Assembly (NCBI GenBank): GCA_036172245.1
Contig: JAYWIR010000021.1
Span: 3,162,001-3,226,000 of the forward strand
DNA length: 64,000 bases
Origin: Raillietiella orientalis
Lineage: Eukaryota
Reading direction: 5' to 3'
The notes under the pieces are model-generated. The model did no database searches. It saw only the letters and a program-made list of their open reading frames with translations, and was not told the DNA's origin. Shown here piece after piece: positions 1-12,900 of this stretch. A program made the translations under genes and the position numbers. Position 1 is the first letter of the stretch. Each line of letters opens with the position of its first letter.

Positions 1-3000
1 GCGAAGCAGGGATAACTCCGTAAGTACAGCGGAAATGCTCCTCCTGCGGAAATTCTTTTCCAGACGTTCCGTGATGGCAGCCAAAGAAAAGAAATCACAG
101 GCAGGGATCACAGGAAAAAGAGGAAAAAACATTGCCAAACTAGAGCGCGGCTCGTCCTCACCCGGAAAAGATCGATGCATGGCGATCGAACGAACACAGT
201 AAGGCAATGAATCCGTTTTCTTGCAAGCAAGAAGCTCATCTTACCGAGGACTCTTCCAGATGGACGGAAAAATCAGCGGGAATCGCCTGGTTGTCGACTA
301 AACGGTCCTGCCTGCAAAGTTCCACCCGATCCTTCAAGTGCAGGAATAGACGGACACTTGGGTGCATCTTCAAAGCACCATTTGGTACAGCCAACCCGAT
401 AATCCGCGAGAACTTCAGGAGACCTCGGTTCTCGTAAAGGGAGAGACCAGCTTAGCTTTCGGCAACGCCTCGAAAAAGGGAAGACCGGTGCCAAGGATTA
501 AGATGACTGCAAATAGGACACCGAGCATTTCGACAGGACAGAACCAGTTGGTCGGCAGCCCTTTCTTCGAGCGCTCAAAAAGCAGTGACGCTGACCGGAG
601 CTTCAGGCTGTAACCTGGAGGCAACTTTTTCCGCATCGCTCTCGTTCGCCAACACACCACCCGGAAGCTCTGGGAGCTGTTCACTGATGAATCGGAGGCA
701 GTCAACACTTACACGATCTATCGGATCACTCTCTTTGATGCGGACGAAAGGTCGGAGAGAAGGACACCGAACCTACTGCCACATCGCCTACGTTGCAAGC
801 TCTCCCGTAGGAACTGCCGCTCTTTTCAGGTGCTCGTCGACAAATCTTGTGGAATGCCCGACGCAGGTTCAGCAGTGGCATGGAGATTCCCTCCATTTGC
901 TGCTCCTCCTGAGATTTCCTCTGCTGGTTTTCGACAGCGCCCTTCTTCCGCTCCCTTCTTCGCAAAAAGAGGAAGTTTTCTCTGCTCGAGGCAAAACGTG
1001 GAGCGTCCACTTCTTCAGTGCTCTTCCTTCTGGAACTGCCTTCAACAGGTTCCCGAATCGAAGCGATTTCGACCCGTCAAGATGAAAAGCACTCCTCTGC
1101 GTTACGAGCACAGAGCAAGTGTTCTCAGCATCATCCAGGTGCCGGATGGATCGGCTGTGCCGTGTTTCCTGGTAACTTGTCTTCCTCCGACCTTCGAAGC
1201 TGCATCGTCAAATCCGGCTGAAGCAGTGCCGCGAGCAGCGTGTCTCAGGGACCGATAGGAAAGGGAATTCGCTTAGCCTCGGAAGACGCCCCAAGGAGCC
1301 CGTGGCGTGCCGTGCCGCGATATGCCGGTTCGGTGTTCTCTCCATGCCTTGGACTGCAGTGCCGGCACGGCGTTCCGTTAGCGTTCTTCGTGTGCCGTGG
1401 CTCGAAGTGACGCGGTGATACTCCTGAAGCATAGTGTCGCGCCACGCTGGTGCAATGTTTTTCCCCTCTCCACCTCCTCCTCTTCTTCGTAGACGACCCA
1501 CTCGTCCCGGGAGCCCATCTCCAGCACTGCGCGGCAGCAGCCCACCTTGCTCCCCTGCCCTCATGCCTGCAGCAGAAAGCACCACTCTTGCCTTTCGAGC
1601 GAGTAGCGTAGATGACATTGTAGTTAGAGAGATGAAGACCTCGGAGGACTTCTCCGTCGTGCAGTGCACGCACAGCTCCTTCCTCTAGTTTCGGATCTGC
1701 GTCAGTTCTTCGATCTTGATCCCGATCTCGACGCAGTTCTGGAAGATGGGCTCGTTCTCGCGGACACTGGTCGCTAGGCGCCGAGGAGGCAGCGATTTCC
1801 CTCGGAATAGCTGGCCACCTCCAAGCTTCAGTAGTGGCACTCCCGGTCGTGGGACTCCTCCTTCGAAAGTGGTACTCCAGTTCCTCCGATCCGGACTTGG
1901 AGTACTTGCAGGGGAAAGGAGGTCGTTGGTGATGGCTTCGAGAGGACCTGACTCCTCCGCTTGCTAGGCGGGGAGCCTCACAGCGGGAGCGCGTCCCGCA
2001 CTTTCTGGCACGGCTGACAAATGAGCGTGCACGCATCGGGATGGGCGGCAGTGATTCATGAACACCGCACCACTGGCAAGGTGCGATGTTCGCCGGTGCA
2101 GAGACGATCCGTGCCGGGAGAGGACGATTCCTTGAGCGCTCGGAACGAAGCATCCTGGGGAAGGTCAAGGGAGATCGAAGGGTACTGAAATCGTTTGCGG
2201 ATCGTCCGGAATTAGTTGAGAAAGCAGGGGAATGCGAACGGGTGCACTGATCTAGGAGGAACGCACATGGTGGAGGAGGGGGAGAAGAAGCCCGGAGAGA
2301 GGAGTTTGCAACCCTGGAACTTGGAATGCTTGTAATCCCACCCAACTGAAGGCGACTTCTCCTTCCGTATGATCCACACGCGGCAGTCGAGAGCTTGGAA
2401 AAGCTGTCGAACCCTTCCCTGGTCGAGATATGGTTTTCCTGGTCCTTGGAACTTTCCGGACGCCGCCAGCTCTCGGTTGCGGACGGTCTGGGACGGCCCT
2501 CGCCTTTGGACGGAAACTCCAGGAGTGAAGAGCGAGGGAGGAAGGCATCAGGAACGCTAAAGGGGGGGCGCAAAGGAGAGGGCAGTCCTCCGGAAGATGC
2601 CCCATCGGAAGAGGTGGGAAAGCACCTCGCGGTGCCATCTCTTCCTCCCGGCTAATGCCCCACAGAAAGAGGGAAGCAGGCGGTTCCGTCCACGCGTGGC
2701 CCCCGCTGCGAGCGAGCGGCAGCTGGGCGGCAACTCGACTTTCCGTCGGGAGGGCGCGTCACGAACGTCGCGCGTTGACGAGGGCAAGCCCGCACGCGTA
2801 GAGAGCGAAGCATGTGCGACCCGCGCGGAGACGAGTTCGCACAGCCACTTGACCCGTGTACCCGACCACGTGCTGCGCACACGCTGAACCCCTTCCTGGA
2901 GGCGACCTTCTCCGCTCTACGCGTCAGGACAGCTGCGCGCGAGCGATTGCACCGCGCAGACTCGGCACGCGTGGGTGTCCCGAAAGTCCGGGGGTGCGGC

Positions 3001-3300
3001 GCGTGGGTACGCTCGGCTCCGAAGTCAGAAGCCTAGCTGCGCTCCACTTCCGCGCGAGCGAGACCTGTCTCCGGGAGACGGCGGGCTAAACCCAAAGGCA
3101 TCAACCCCCCACCCCCACTCCCTGATTCCTCCGGGGACGAGCCCTCAGATCGCCCCTGCCGTTTGCCCCCCGCGCTCTGGGAACCAGGAAAGCAAAATTC
3201 CCGGCCGAAGCGACCATCCTTCTGACCATTGGGGTTGACCTTCCGACCGGAACGCGTCCTTCGCATCCCTCCCGCTGCAAACGCTCCTCGTCGGGGAGGC
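1..3300 (-). mobile_element. Degenerate L1/Tx1-like non-LTR retrotransposon relic, copy A (runs off the left edge)
   Basis: Minus-strand motifs in LINE order: ORF1 knuckle-like 'VGYTGQ.../CANSSPRGSHM' (~2790-2875, cf. YxGQxxxCxxCxxxGH); endonuclease-start-like 'LHLSNYNV' (~1614-1637); 'RALKKWTLH' (~1000-1030, cf. WKLN after the EN); pre-RT 'FFEALPKAKLVSPFTRTEV' (~420-477, cf. FxxLP...LxxPxTxxEV). Spacing fits ORF2. Many stops and frameshifts; boundaries approximate. Confidence 0.5.
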
Positions 3301-4469
3301 GGGCGCAGAGGTTCGGCTCCTCAGCAGCCACGTGACAGGTTCGCGCGCCTACGCGACCGCCCGCCACGCGCAGCGGTAGAAAAAGGTCGCATAGCTGCGT
3401 GCCTCTCCCGCCCGTAGCTCCGGCCTTGGATGCAGAGCGCCCTGTGAATCGCGGGGTTGGAGGAACCCCCGGAAGGTCATCGTGCTGCGGGGCTGCCTGA
3501 GTGCGAGGACCGGAAGAGGGGACTTCGCGGCTTCCTGCTGTCGAGAGGCGCGCGAGGCCGTTTCCTTGGAGACCGGTTCCCACCTCCGTTTCCTTCCGCC
3601 GTGCCGTAAGGGTTCGAGGCGGAAGGGCGGTCTCTCTCGTCCCGCCTCCACGCTTCGCTCGGGGCATTCGGAAGGGAGTCCCAGAGGCTCCGCATGCACC
3701 GAGGTACCGACGTCTCCCCCTTCGTCTTCACCATCCGACCAAACGCTGGGAAGGGGTTTCAGAGCACGCCTGCCCTCTCTCCCGCAACGGAGCCGGCCAG
3801 GGCGGAGCCCGCTGGGACTCGGGCCGCAGAGGGTGCTTGCGCCCGAAGAGTGGCAGCTGCTGGCGATCGAGCGCTCGCAACGAACGCGTGGACATCCCCA
3901 GGAGCGCGCACCGCGAATCGCAGGTGGGAAGGGAAAGGAGGAGGACACGGAGAGATAGGGGGGGAGGTGGGGGAAGAAAAAGGAAAATTCCTTTAGACTT
4001 CCGCTGGACCTTCCGTCCAGGGCCATCAGGGTTGCCATGCTCCTTCTGATCCGTGCGCTTTTCGTGTATTGGCCGCGTCCTGGGCTCCAGAGAGTGCGCA
4101 CGCTTCACCCTCCTCCTCCCGTCCCTTCTCTCCCTTCACCTGAGCGCTTCCTCCCTTCCCTCATGCCACCACCGCCGCCGCCCCTGCTGCTGCTTCTTCC
4201 CTCCTCCTTTCCCCTGTTCTCTCCCGAAACACGAGTGGCACTGCGTTGCCATGGTTACACGGTCTCCGCGAAAAAGTTGCCTTTTTCTTCCTCTTTCTTT
4301 CGTCCGGACGTAACTGTGAGACGCATTTTTACGAATGCCAGATGATGGCAGGTCGGAATTGAATTTCCTTCGGGAACGAAATTGCATCTTCCGTGAGGTC
4401 GTGTAGCTGATTTAAGCTCCGGATGCTGCATTTAGATTCTCCCATCTGCACAGCTGCCGTCCGCTTATT

Positions 4470-7400
4470 GCTATTATTTTTTTTTCTTTCTTTTCCCCCT
4501 TTTTTTCTTGGTACTTTTAAAGAATAAGAAAAAAGGAGGAGGATAAGCACACGAAGAGGACATCGCGGAGCTCGAAAGGGGCAGCAGGTAGAGCAGAGCT
4601 TGCAGGGTAACAGTCCGAGGGAAAGGAATGGGTAAGGGGAGCGGAAGATGTGGGGGGTTGCAGAAAGGGAGGACCTCGAAAGGAAGGCCGAGGGATGCCA
4701 GCAGGGGAGATGGAGGAGTGGGAAGGCAAGGCGCAGAACCTCGGGTTCCCGCCCCGTCCGCGGGAGAGGAAATGAGGAGGGATGATCCTGTCCGTACCTG
4801 GACACGGGTCCGGCCCGCATCCGGTCTCCAGACAGCGGCCAGCTTTTCGAGAAGTTCCTCTTGGCAGTCATCCTCCGCGATGCTGAAAGGCGGAGGACCT
4901 TTCCTCCAACCAGAAGGAGGAAAGAGAACGCCCCTCCCTCTTGCTTCCGTTCTTCCCGTCGCTTTTTCCGGGGGCTGCTCCTCGGGAGAGGAAGAGAGGG
5001 ACGAAGACAGAAGAGTTCCTCATCACGGGTAATTGTGTTTCCTCCTACATTGCGTGGGAGAGCAGGCAGGCTCTCCCTGGGCAAGGGCAGGCCTCCTGTG
5101 GCGACTGGAGAGAACAGCTCCCGAGAGCGACTGCCCTTAAGAGCCGAAGACGGGGGGTCGTCTCGTGAGAGGTCTTCGCCACATCGCGCCGTGACACTGC
5201 AGTCGGAGAGGTGCACCTTGAGACAATGGCGCTTCGGAGCATCGAGGAGAACCAGGAAGGAGGAGGGAGCAGGAGAGGAGGAACGGCCCGGGATCCCACG
5301 CGGCTCCAGCATCAGGGCAGCTCTTCCCGGATGACACTAGACCACCAGCGACCCCTTGGTTTGAAGGAAAGAAGCCGAGAGGACTCGAGGGAGGAAGCGA
5401 GCACCGGGCCTCCCGCTGTCATCCGGTTGCGAAGGGGGTAGTGTGGGGTGGGCGAGAGGAAAGGACGGGGCGAATCCTTTAGGGAAGGGGAAGAGCGAGT
5501 TGCCGCCTTCCCGGAGGAAATGGGGGGGAGCGAACTCCCTTGCGCGGCAAGCGGGATCGCAGCGGCGGCGGCGGTAAAGAGGAGGAAGGAGGAGGGCGTG
5601 GTCCCGCGGGAACAATGGCGGATTCTCGTTCCGTTCGGGAGTGCCGCTCTCCGGCTGTGGCCTCATTTATCACACCAGGAACAAAAGGAGCAGCAGTCGC
5701 GCGCGACCGGGACGGCGGAGCCTTCCCTCCTGCGGGAGCGAACGAGGAGGAGGAGAAGGGAAGGGGAAGGGTGGCTCCCGCCCTTTGCTTCCACCTTCTC
5801 CCATTCCTTCCTTTGCCTTCCGGTAGACCCTGCTCGCGCGAAGGAGCGAGCCGCATACTTCGCCCGAAAAGGACCGAAAGGCCGGGCAGGTCATCGTCGC
5901 CGCCTATCTGACCTGGGGATTTCACGAAGGGACCCCCGAGCTTTGCATTCTCTGGAGAGCCGCCAAACGCCCCTTGAAGGGCTTGGGTAGCCGACCCGGC
6001 CTTCCTTCCCCTGAAGTGAGGTGGGACAAGAGGGTGGGGCGAGAAGGAGAGCGCAAGATGGCGCCGAAGCTCTCGTAAGCCTTCAGGTGAAGGAGGATCT
6101 AATGCTTCTCCCGCACACGGGCTCTTGCGGAAGTCCACGCTCGCCTCCGGAGAGGTGACGGACCCGCGCATCGCCAGGACCCGCGATCGGTTCCCGGGAT
6201 CCGTCTCCTTCCAGTCTCCTTGCCGAGTGAACGGCTCCCTGAAGGGGAGGGAAAGGTGCCGGAGGGCCGCCTGAAGACTTTTCTCCCGGGAGCCCCTTTC
6301 TCCTTGAGCTTTTTCATGTTCTTCAGCTTCGGCTCCAGGGAAAGTAGCGAAGAGGAACAGCAGAGGAGAAAGGAAGGACCAAGGCTTTCTGGGGACGCCA
6401 CTCGCCTCACCTAGGCGCGGCCTTCCAGGGCTGGAGAAACCACTACCGGACTTCCAGAGGTTAGGGGAGAAAGAGGGAGAGTAGGAGGAATAGAAGGAGA
6501 TAGACGAGACCTCGGGAGGTGCGCCAACAGAGGCGGGAGATCGCCTCTCCTCCAGGGCAGTTCTGGAAAGGGTCGAGGAGTAGGAGTAGGATCCCCACTA
6601 TCTGGAAAGAGCAAGAGGTCATACCTTCCCTCTACCACCAACTGTCTTCGCCCATCGAGATGCCCAGGGGGCGTCGGGAGTCCAGGACGAAATCGCAAGG
6701 GGGCAGGAAGCGAGTGTTGTGGCTCCTCTCTTCCATCCAGGAAAGGGGTCTTTTCTAGAGAGAGGCTCATTCTCCCGGAAGTGATCCTCGAGGTCAGGCA
6801 CGGGAGTGCCTCAACGAATCAGCCGAGGAGGTGCTGTGGCGCCATGTTGGCGATGAGGAACCTGAACCGCGTCGGGAGCGACCCCTACTGTTTGAGGGAA
6901 GGAAGAAAAGGAGAGGAAGACAGAGGAGGAGAACTTCCGGTATCTTCCTTTCCTCTCCCTCCCTTCTTCCGTTCCCGCCGCTACACAGGATGGAGGCGGA
7001 AGACTGGGTAGGATCCCTCAGAAAAAGGGGGTTGGATCCGAGAGCGCCCGGCTGCTGTCGGACCTCGAGGATTCTCTCCGTCGGAAGGAGGGGGGGGGGG
7101 AGACGGCAACGCTGACTCCCTCCCGTGTTCCCCCTCCTCCTTCCGGATCCCTACCGATCGCATGCACACCCCTGTCCAACTTGCGTTCCCTTCGAATTCT
7201 CGACGGCGCGCCTCCTGCAAAGACGGACGGCTCTTCCGGGACCCACGGCCCGCGAGGGAAGTCCCGGGAAGAAGGTGTCTCCTCCCTCCCATGGGAAAGG
7301 CAGAGGGAACGCCCGTTCCCTCGGCGTGAGATCGATCCACTCTGGACGTTTTCTCCTCACGATCCAGGAAAACCACAGTCGCTTCCGAAGGAAGAGCTTT

Positions 7401-9100
7401 CGGTCCCGCACCGTCCCGAAAGAGAAAGAACAAAAAAAAAGGTATGGAAGAGGAAAGGAGGACGGGAAGATGAAGAGAGGCGTCTCGGAGCTCCAAGACT
7501 GTTTTTTTCTCTCTCTCTCTCTCCTGGACGCTGAGCGATCGGGACCGACTGAGGAGCGGCGTCTTCACTGGACCACCGGTTCAAGGAGAGGAAGGAGGCG
7601 CGATTAAGGGCCTCCCCTTCGAAAAGGCAACGAGTACTCCCTCCTTTCGGAATGGGAACGCCGGGGTCTCGGAAAGACCTGCAAACTCTCCAGATTCTGC
7701 TCTCGGCTCCATGGCAGTGGAAAGGGGAGGAAGGGGAAGGGGCCACTTCCTTTGTTGCCAGACCGCGTCCACAAGAACGGAATCCCAGCAGTATCTGTAC
7801 CGGGAGCGATGCTTCCAGACAACGAGGCACCGGAACGAGCAGAACGGAAGGTCCATGGATCTGTAAGATCTTCCCTATCGGTTTAGGGATGCTGGGTTCG
7901 CCCCAGCATCCCTCAACAGATCAGGGGGGAATTCCGCATGCCCGATCTCGAGAGATTGAACAGTCCGAAGCTCCCTCCGGAAGCGAGCAGGTCTGAGGCA
8001 AGGGGGCGCGATGAGGAAGGTGAAGAGCGACATTTTATCTCGGTAGGCAAGCAGGGTCGGTTGCCGGGTCTCCAGGGTGCAGGTTGGAAGCTTCTTCCTC
8101 TCCTCCAGGAGCCCGCTGGCTTCTCTGTCGCGGGTGTGACGGAAGGAACGTGGACTGCGGCCACGTCGGTGCTAGCTTCCGGGAAGCCCACCTTCGCTTC
8201 GAGAGGAGACCTCCTCTTTCCGCCTCGCCCCGCGTCTTCGCTGCCCGCCGTCTGTACCGCCCCTGATTCTTTTCTTCCCCCGTCTCTTCCCGCCTCTTCG
8301 GCAGGCGTCTCCGGCGCATGCCGAAGGCGCGTCGCCATCTGGAGCTACCCTGCCGGACGTGGAGGGAGGCGCGCTTAAAGGAGACTCAGCCAATAGCCCC
8401 GGCACCTTCTCCATTCTCCCTGCCTCCCCCTCTCAGCGGCGGCAGCGGACGAGGAAACTCCCGCCGAACGCCCCGCTGCACCCCCTCCGGCGTCTCCGCC
8501 TCGGACCGAACCGACTTCGAGACATGGTGAAAGCAGGGACGTTCCCCTTCCCGATTTGCTTCCAGGTCGGCCTTTCCGAGTTTTTCGGAGAGTAGCAGGA
8601 GCGCTCAAGAAACGCTCAGGCCCAGATCCCAGTGCATGCGTGGGGAGGCTCCCCGTCGGCATGTCCCTTGGAGAGGCGGAACACATCACTGGCTGCGCGC
8701 TGCTGCCACCCGTCTCCGCCATCGCATTCAAAGTCGCCATCTACGTCACTACCTTTAAACAGCTTCGAAGTTCATCTTGGAAACGTCTTCCACATGCAGG
8801 TGGCAACAGCGCGTTTCCCTTCCTCCTTCACCTTCCTTTCTTCCTGCCTTCTTTCTTTCTTTCTCCTCTTGCTTCTCCTCCTCCCTCCTCTTCCCTTCCT
8901 CCTCCTCGGCAAGACCACGTCACCTTTTCTCACTGCTGGCTCCTCCATGCAACGCCCTCTGCCGTGACTGCTATTCGGTCTTCGAAGATTCGGAAGCGCG
9001 CGCTTCTGACTAGGGAGTGGCGGTTCCCGCGTTTTCCAGGAGGAAAGCGCGTTGGGGCGTGGTGGTCTTGGGGAGAAGAAGGAGGAAGGGAATTGCATCA
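4470..9100 (-). mobile_element. Degenerate L1/Tx1-like LINE relic, copy B
   Basis: ORF1-like segment 8600-9010 (paralogous to 14310-14600); EN-like 'AESRIWRV' (~7685-7710, cf. SRID); pre-RT 'FVEALPCL' (~6795-6820) and 'PPGHLDG' (~6650-6675, cf. SPGxDG); C-terminal 'EVLRLAFPLLHLP...PCKLC' (~4575-4745); T-rich tract on + at ~4475-4510, i.e. an A-rich tail on -. Confidence 0.5.
8720..9015. repeat. Diverged direct repeat, copy 1 (partner at 14308-14610)
   Basis: Shared blocks such as GCATTCAAAG..GCCATCTAC, GTCTTCCACATGCAG(G/A)TGGCAACAG, CTCCATGCAAC and GAAGATTCG..GACTAGGGA occur in both copies, with a CT-rich tract between the blocks. Confidence 0.8.
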
Positions 9101-9999
9101 GCTGGACTCTTTGCCGTGCCCTCCTATATCGCTGATGCTAACGACCGCTACATCACCGTTGCGAAGACCGAATCTCGACTCGCTGCGCAGAAGAAGGAGC
9201 AACGTCAAAGTGCCCGGTGGGAAGTCCCTCAACATTCCCGCAACAGAGACGCTGCTGCTGCTGCGCCGTTCATGCAGCGGCAAGGACAAACGCGTTTCTC
9301 GTTCTTCTTCCTTTTGCTGCTCCCACCGCACCCCCCATACCTCTCAACCTCTCATCCCCCTAACACAGAACCATCCTCTCTCCTCGAAACGCGAAAGTCG
9401 GGCACTGCCAGGTTCCCAGTGATGAGCCGATCATGTGCAAGTGCGACTCAAGATGACCACCACGACGATAAGATTTTTTGTCGGAAGGACCTGTCCTCCT
9501 GGAAACGCCTGCTTGGAGAGAAAGGGGAAGAGAAAAGGGGAGGAAGTGGAGGAGTGGGGAGGAAGCAGTTAGCAGCAGCATCCGCGGACCGCCTTGATGT
9601 ATTCTCGGGGAATGATTTAGGGAATGCTGCTGAGGATCGAATCGGCTCGAGGCTAATTAATTGCCATCTCCGCTCTCCGCGGCTCGGGCACGAGGATTCT
9701 CTTGGCAACCGCAGCCGCTTGCTAACAGCGCAGTTATTTTTTCGTGGCGCGGAATCTGCCACGACCAGGATCGATCGACTGTCGCTTTAACGTCCTTCCG
9801 CTCCGCGAGAAATCTCCCCGAGATTTGGCAGCTGTGGAAAACGCGAGGAGATGCCGGCAGCGCCACCAAGCAACGGATTTCCGCGTGTTCTGGGGAGGGA
9901 GGGGTCCAGGAGGCGAAGGAGCACGTCCTCTCTGGAGCGCCGTCCCAAGAGAGGGACAAGCTGGGAAACTCCTTCCGCCCCCTCGAGTTTCGATAGACC

Positions 10000-12900
10000 G
10001 ACGGCAGACGGAGACTTCTGAGGAAGACGAAAGAAACGCCGGAGGAGGTCCCCAGCAGTGTCCTCGCAAAGGACCACGCACCAGCATCTTCCAGTCTCCT
10101 TCCCCTTCTTCCTCTCTTGTGCATTTGCTTCCCGGATGTGCTGCCGATATCCCCTGCCGGAATCCGGAAACGTGACGGCCAGGAAAAACGCAGAGACGGA
10201 CCCTGCAATGGGTCAGGAAGAAACCCACCTTTGGCGAGACGAAGATACAGTGGCGAGGAGGATGAAACGAAGGTTGACCCTTGGGAGGTCCTGACGGAAC
10301 CAACGGAGCTCTCCTGACAGATGCAACCAGAGTACTCCAGAACAATGCGTCTCCAGAACGGGCCACCTCGAGCATCTTCCGTGTGGTGGGATGCAGCATC
10401 AGGCTTTGATACAGAGAGGCAAGAAGCAGCAGAGTAACGTGAGTTGCTACTTGCTAACCATATTAAGCAGATGCTGACAGCGACAGTTCTTTTTTTTTTT
10501 GGTTCGCCAGGTGCCTCAACAACCGTCGTGCCCCTGGTGGCGGCTCACACAGTTCTTCAACGCTGTTCCACGCCATCCGAGGGTGCGTGTAACTCTTCAA
10601 GATAAAGGGTACTCCAAGAGAGGATCACCCTTTGAATCCAGGAAGAACTCTGTTGACGGAGTCCGTTCTTCTCACGTCTGGGGAGGGATCTCCGAAGAGA
10701 AACCTCCACCCTGGTTGTCTCCGAAGGAAACTCCGAAAGGAACTACCTCTTCCTCGTTCTCTCTGGAGGGAACCCCGGAGGCAACCACTCCATTTTTTCC
10801 TCTTCCTCTTCGATGAGAACTCAGAAAGGATTCGCTAGTAGAAATTTCTTCCCTGAAGCCTTGGTTTACCAGAGTGGAGCTCGCGGCAGCTGAGTAACCG
10901 TGGACTCTCGACCTTCTCTGAAATCAGAAGTCTCGTTTCAGCGCTTCCAAGGTAAATGGAGATTGTTCCGACGAACCAGCAAGTAGGAATTCCTCGAGAG
11001 TGGAACTGGGGTCTTGATGGGAACATCGTCTGGATCTCGGAGCGTGCCGAGGCTGTTCATTGTGCTGCCCAGAATCTTCGGCATGTGGTCTTCTGGCTTC
11101 GTTGTTTCCTCAACCAACGTCCACCAATTCCGAAACGTTGGACAGCAAATCCGCATTGCAAAAAAAACAATCTGTGAGTGGCTCGAGGTCCACCCTCCAC
11201 TGAGGTCAGGAAAAACTGCTTCATCTTCATTTCGCATTTCCGGAGAGATGGGAAGAGCACCTCTTTCCTCCGATGTGTGCTGCAGGCAGTTGCTGTTCTG
11301 GAGAACCGCTCTCAGCTGAAGGAACGCTGCAGGATGGAGTCAGAATGTCGCCTGCATCTATCATCTGATGCAGTAGAAGCTTCATAGTTGACTCCTGGCT
11401 ACGCTCCCGACAGCACTCTTCCCCACCTGACCCGTTTGGCTGCTCGACTCTCCAGAATGCTGGAGAGCTAACCCCCTTCCCCCTTCCTCACAGAACGTCC
11501 ACTAGCTCCGCTTCAGATCGCCTACCCATTTCCCTTTCCCCCTCCGATTGTCATCCAGATCCTTCGGATATCCTACGCAAATGGAGCTGCTTCCAAAGTT
11601 CTGATCTGTATGCACAGCAAATGTACATAAACAAACTGGAGGTAAGGAGATGCCGCTTCCCGCAGAGTCCAAGTCAGGCAGGCTTCTGTCAGCAGCATCT
11701 CCTAACGAAACGAAAGGGAGGAAACAATGAATAAAATGTATAAAGGTATTTGGTTGCCACATAGTCGTGTCAAATCTTTCATTGCGATTATGAATGCAGA
11801 AACGAAGTAAGAGACAAAGCGGAAATCTGACTTTACGACTCCAAAGTCTTCGGAGGTGCAGCACCGACTCGTAGGTTGGCTGTTCATGGAATCCACAGAA
11901 GGAGGGAAAAGACAATCAGAAAATGAAACAGTGAAAGTTGACTGTCGAGAAAGGAAGTAAGGAGTTTCCATACCCTCTTTGAGTTCTTTGCTTCTTGTTA
12001 AGAATGCGGTCCGGATACTCCATTTTTGTTTCCAGGTGGGGTCAACTAGCTACCTTTCTCAGTATGGAGGTGATTAGGGAGATGCCTTTAACAAAGGTAT
12101 TTCCTGGAGGGAGAGCAGAGATATGTATTTGATGAACGTATTCGCAGCTTCCGAAGAAGTTCCTCAAGATTTCTTGTTTGGATGCTAACCTGCAGCGGAA
12201 GCTGAAGTTGGAACTAAAATCTGAAAGGTGCAGCGGGATTGCAAGGCGGGGAGTTTTCCCTCACAAGCACTCCTTCTGGAGCCAGGAGGAAAATGGTATG
12301 GGAGAAAGCATCTCAGGAAAAATTCCTGGGATGCTTTCTCGAATCCTTTCTCCTTTCGCTTCGTGGCTGCCTCTCATCGGGCAGGCTGCAGATCCTAGAG
12401 CCTCCTTCCTTCTCTATCTTTAGTGACACGAAACGCCACTCGCTGTTGCCTAGCAGAGAGCACTTCACTCTCTTCCTTGAACTTCCTTTATCTCCTCTCC
12501 TAATTCGGCAAGCATCTTTTGGTGCTCACGGTTTCCTCTTTCAACGCTTATAAAAGTTCTCTTTCTGGTTCCTGCAAGCATGGCCCAGGGAACATTCCTC
12601 TGTCGCCATGGGAGCGAAGCTTGATTTGATGTTTGTCTTGATAGCTAAAGAAGAAAAAAAAAGAGAGAAAGCAAGAAATAATAATTGGAGCGAGGATTGG
12701 AGATGGGTCCATCTTTTCTGCCTGCTCACAACCCTGACCGATGATGAACTTATCCTTCCTTGCTTCGCTGTATTGGCGTTCCTTCCCTTCTGGATAGAAA
12801 GGATGATTAGAAGGAAGGATGATCGATAGACTCCTGAAAGTACAATTTTCCTACCCCTAAGGGATGGATGCCAGTCGGATGTTCCGATCCGATTTCTTTC

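Noticed and set aside
2040..2090. 'CQWCGVHESL' as a LINE C-terminal zinc finger
   Set aside because: Lacks the downstream His/Cys and sits between the ORF1 and EN remnants of copy A, the wrong position. Treated as chance.
1245..2573. 442-aa minus-strand ORF as a protein-coding gene
   Set aside because: Arg/Ser/Pro-rich and without a coherent domain. Long ORFs are expected in GC-rich DNA, and only a short EN-start-like remnant is recognisable.
11040..11130. Plus-strand RT-like 'WLRCFLNQR' motif
   Set aside because: Isolated, with no flanking RT motifs in order on +; it lies within minus-strand copy C.
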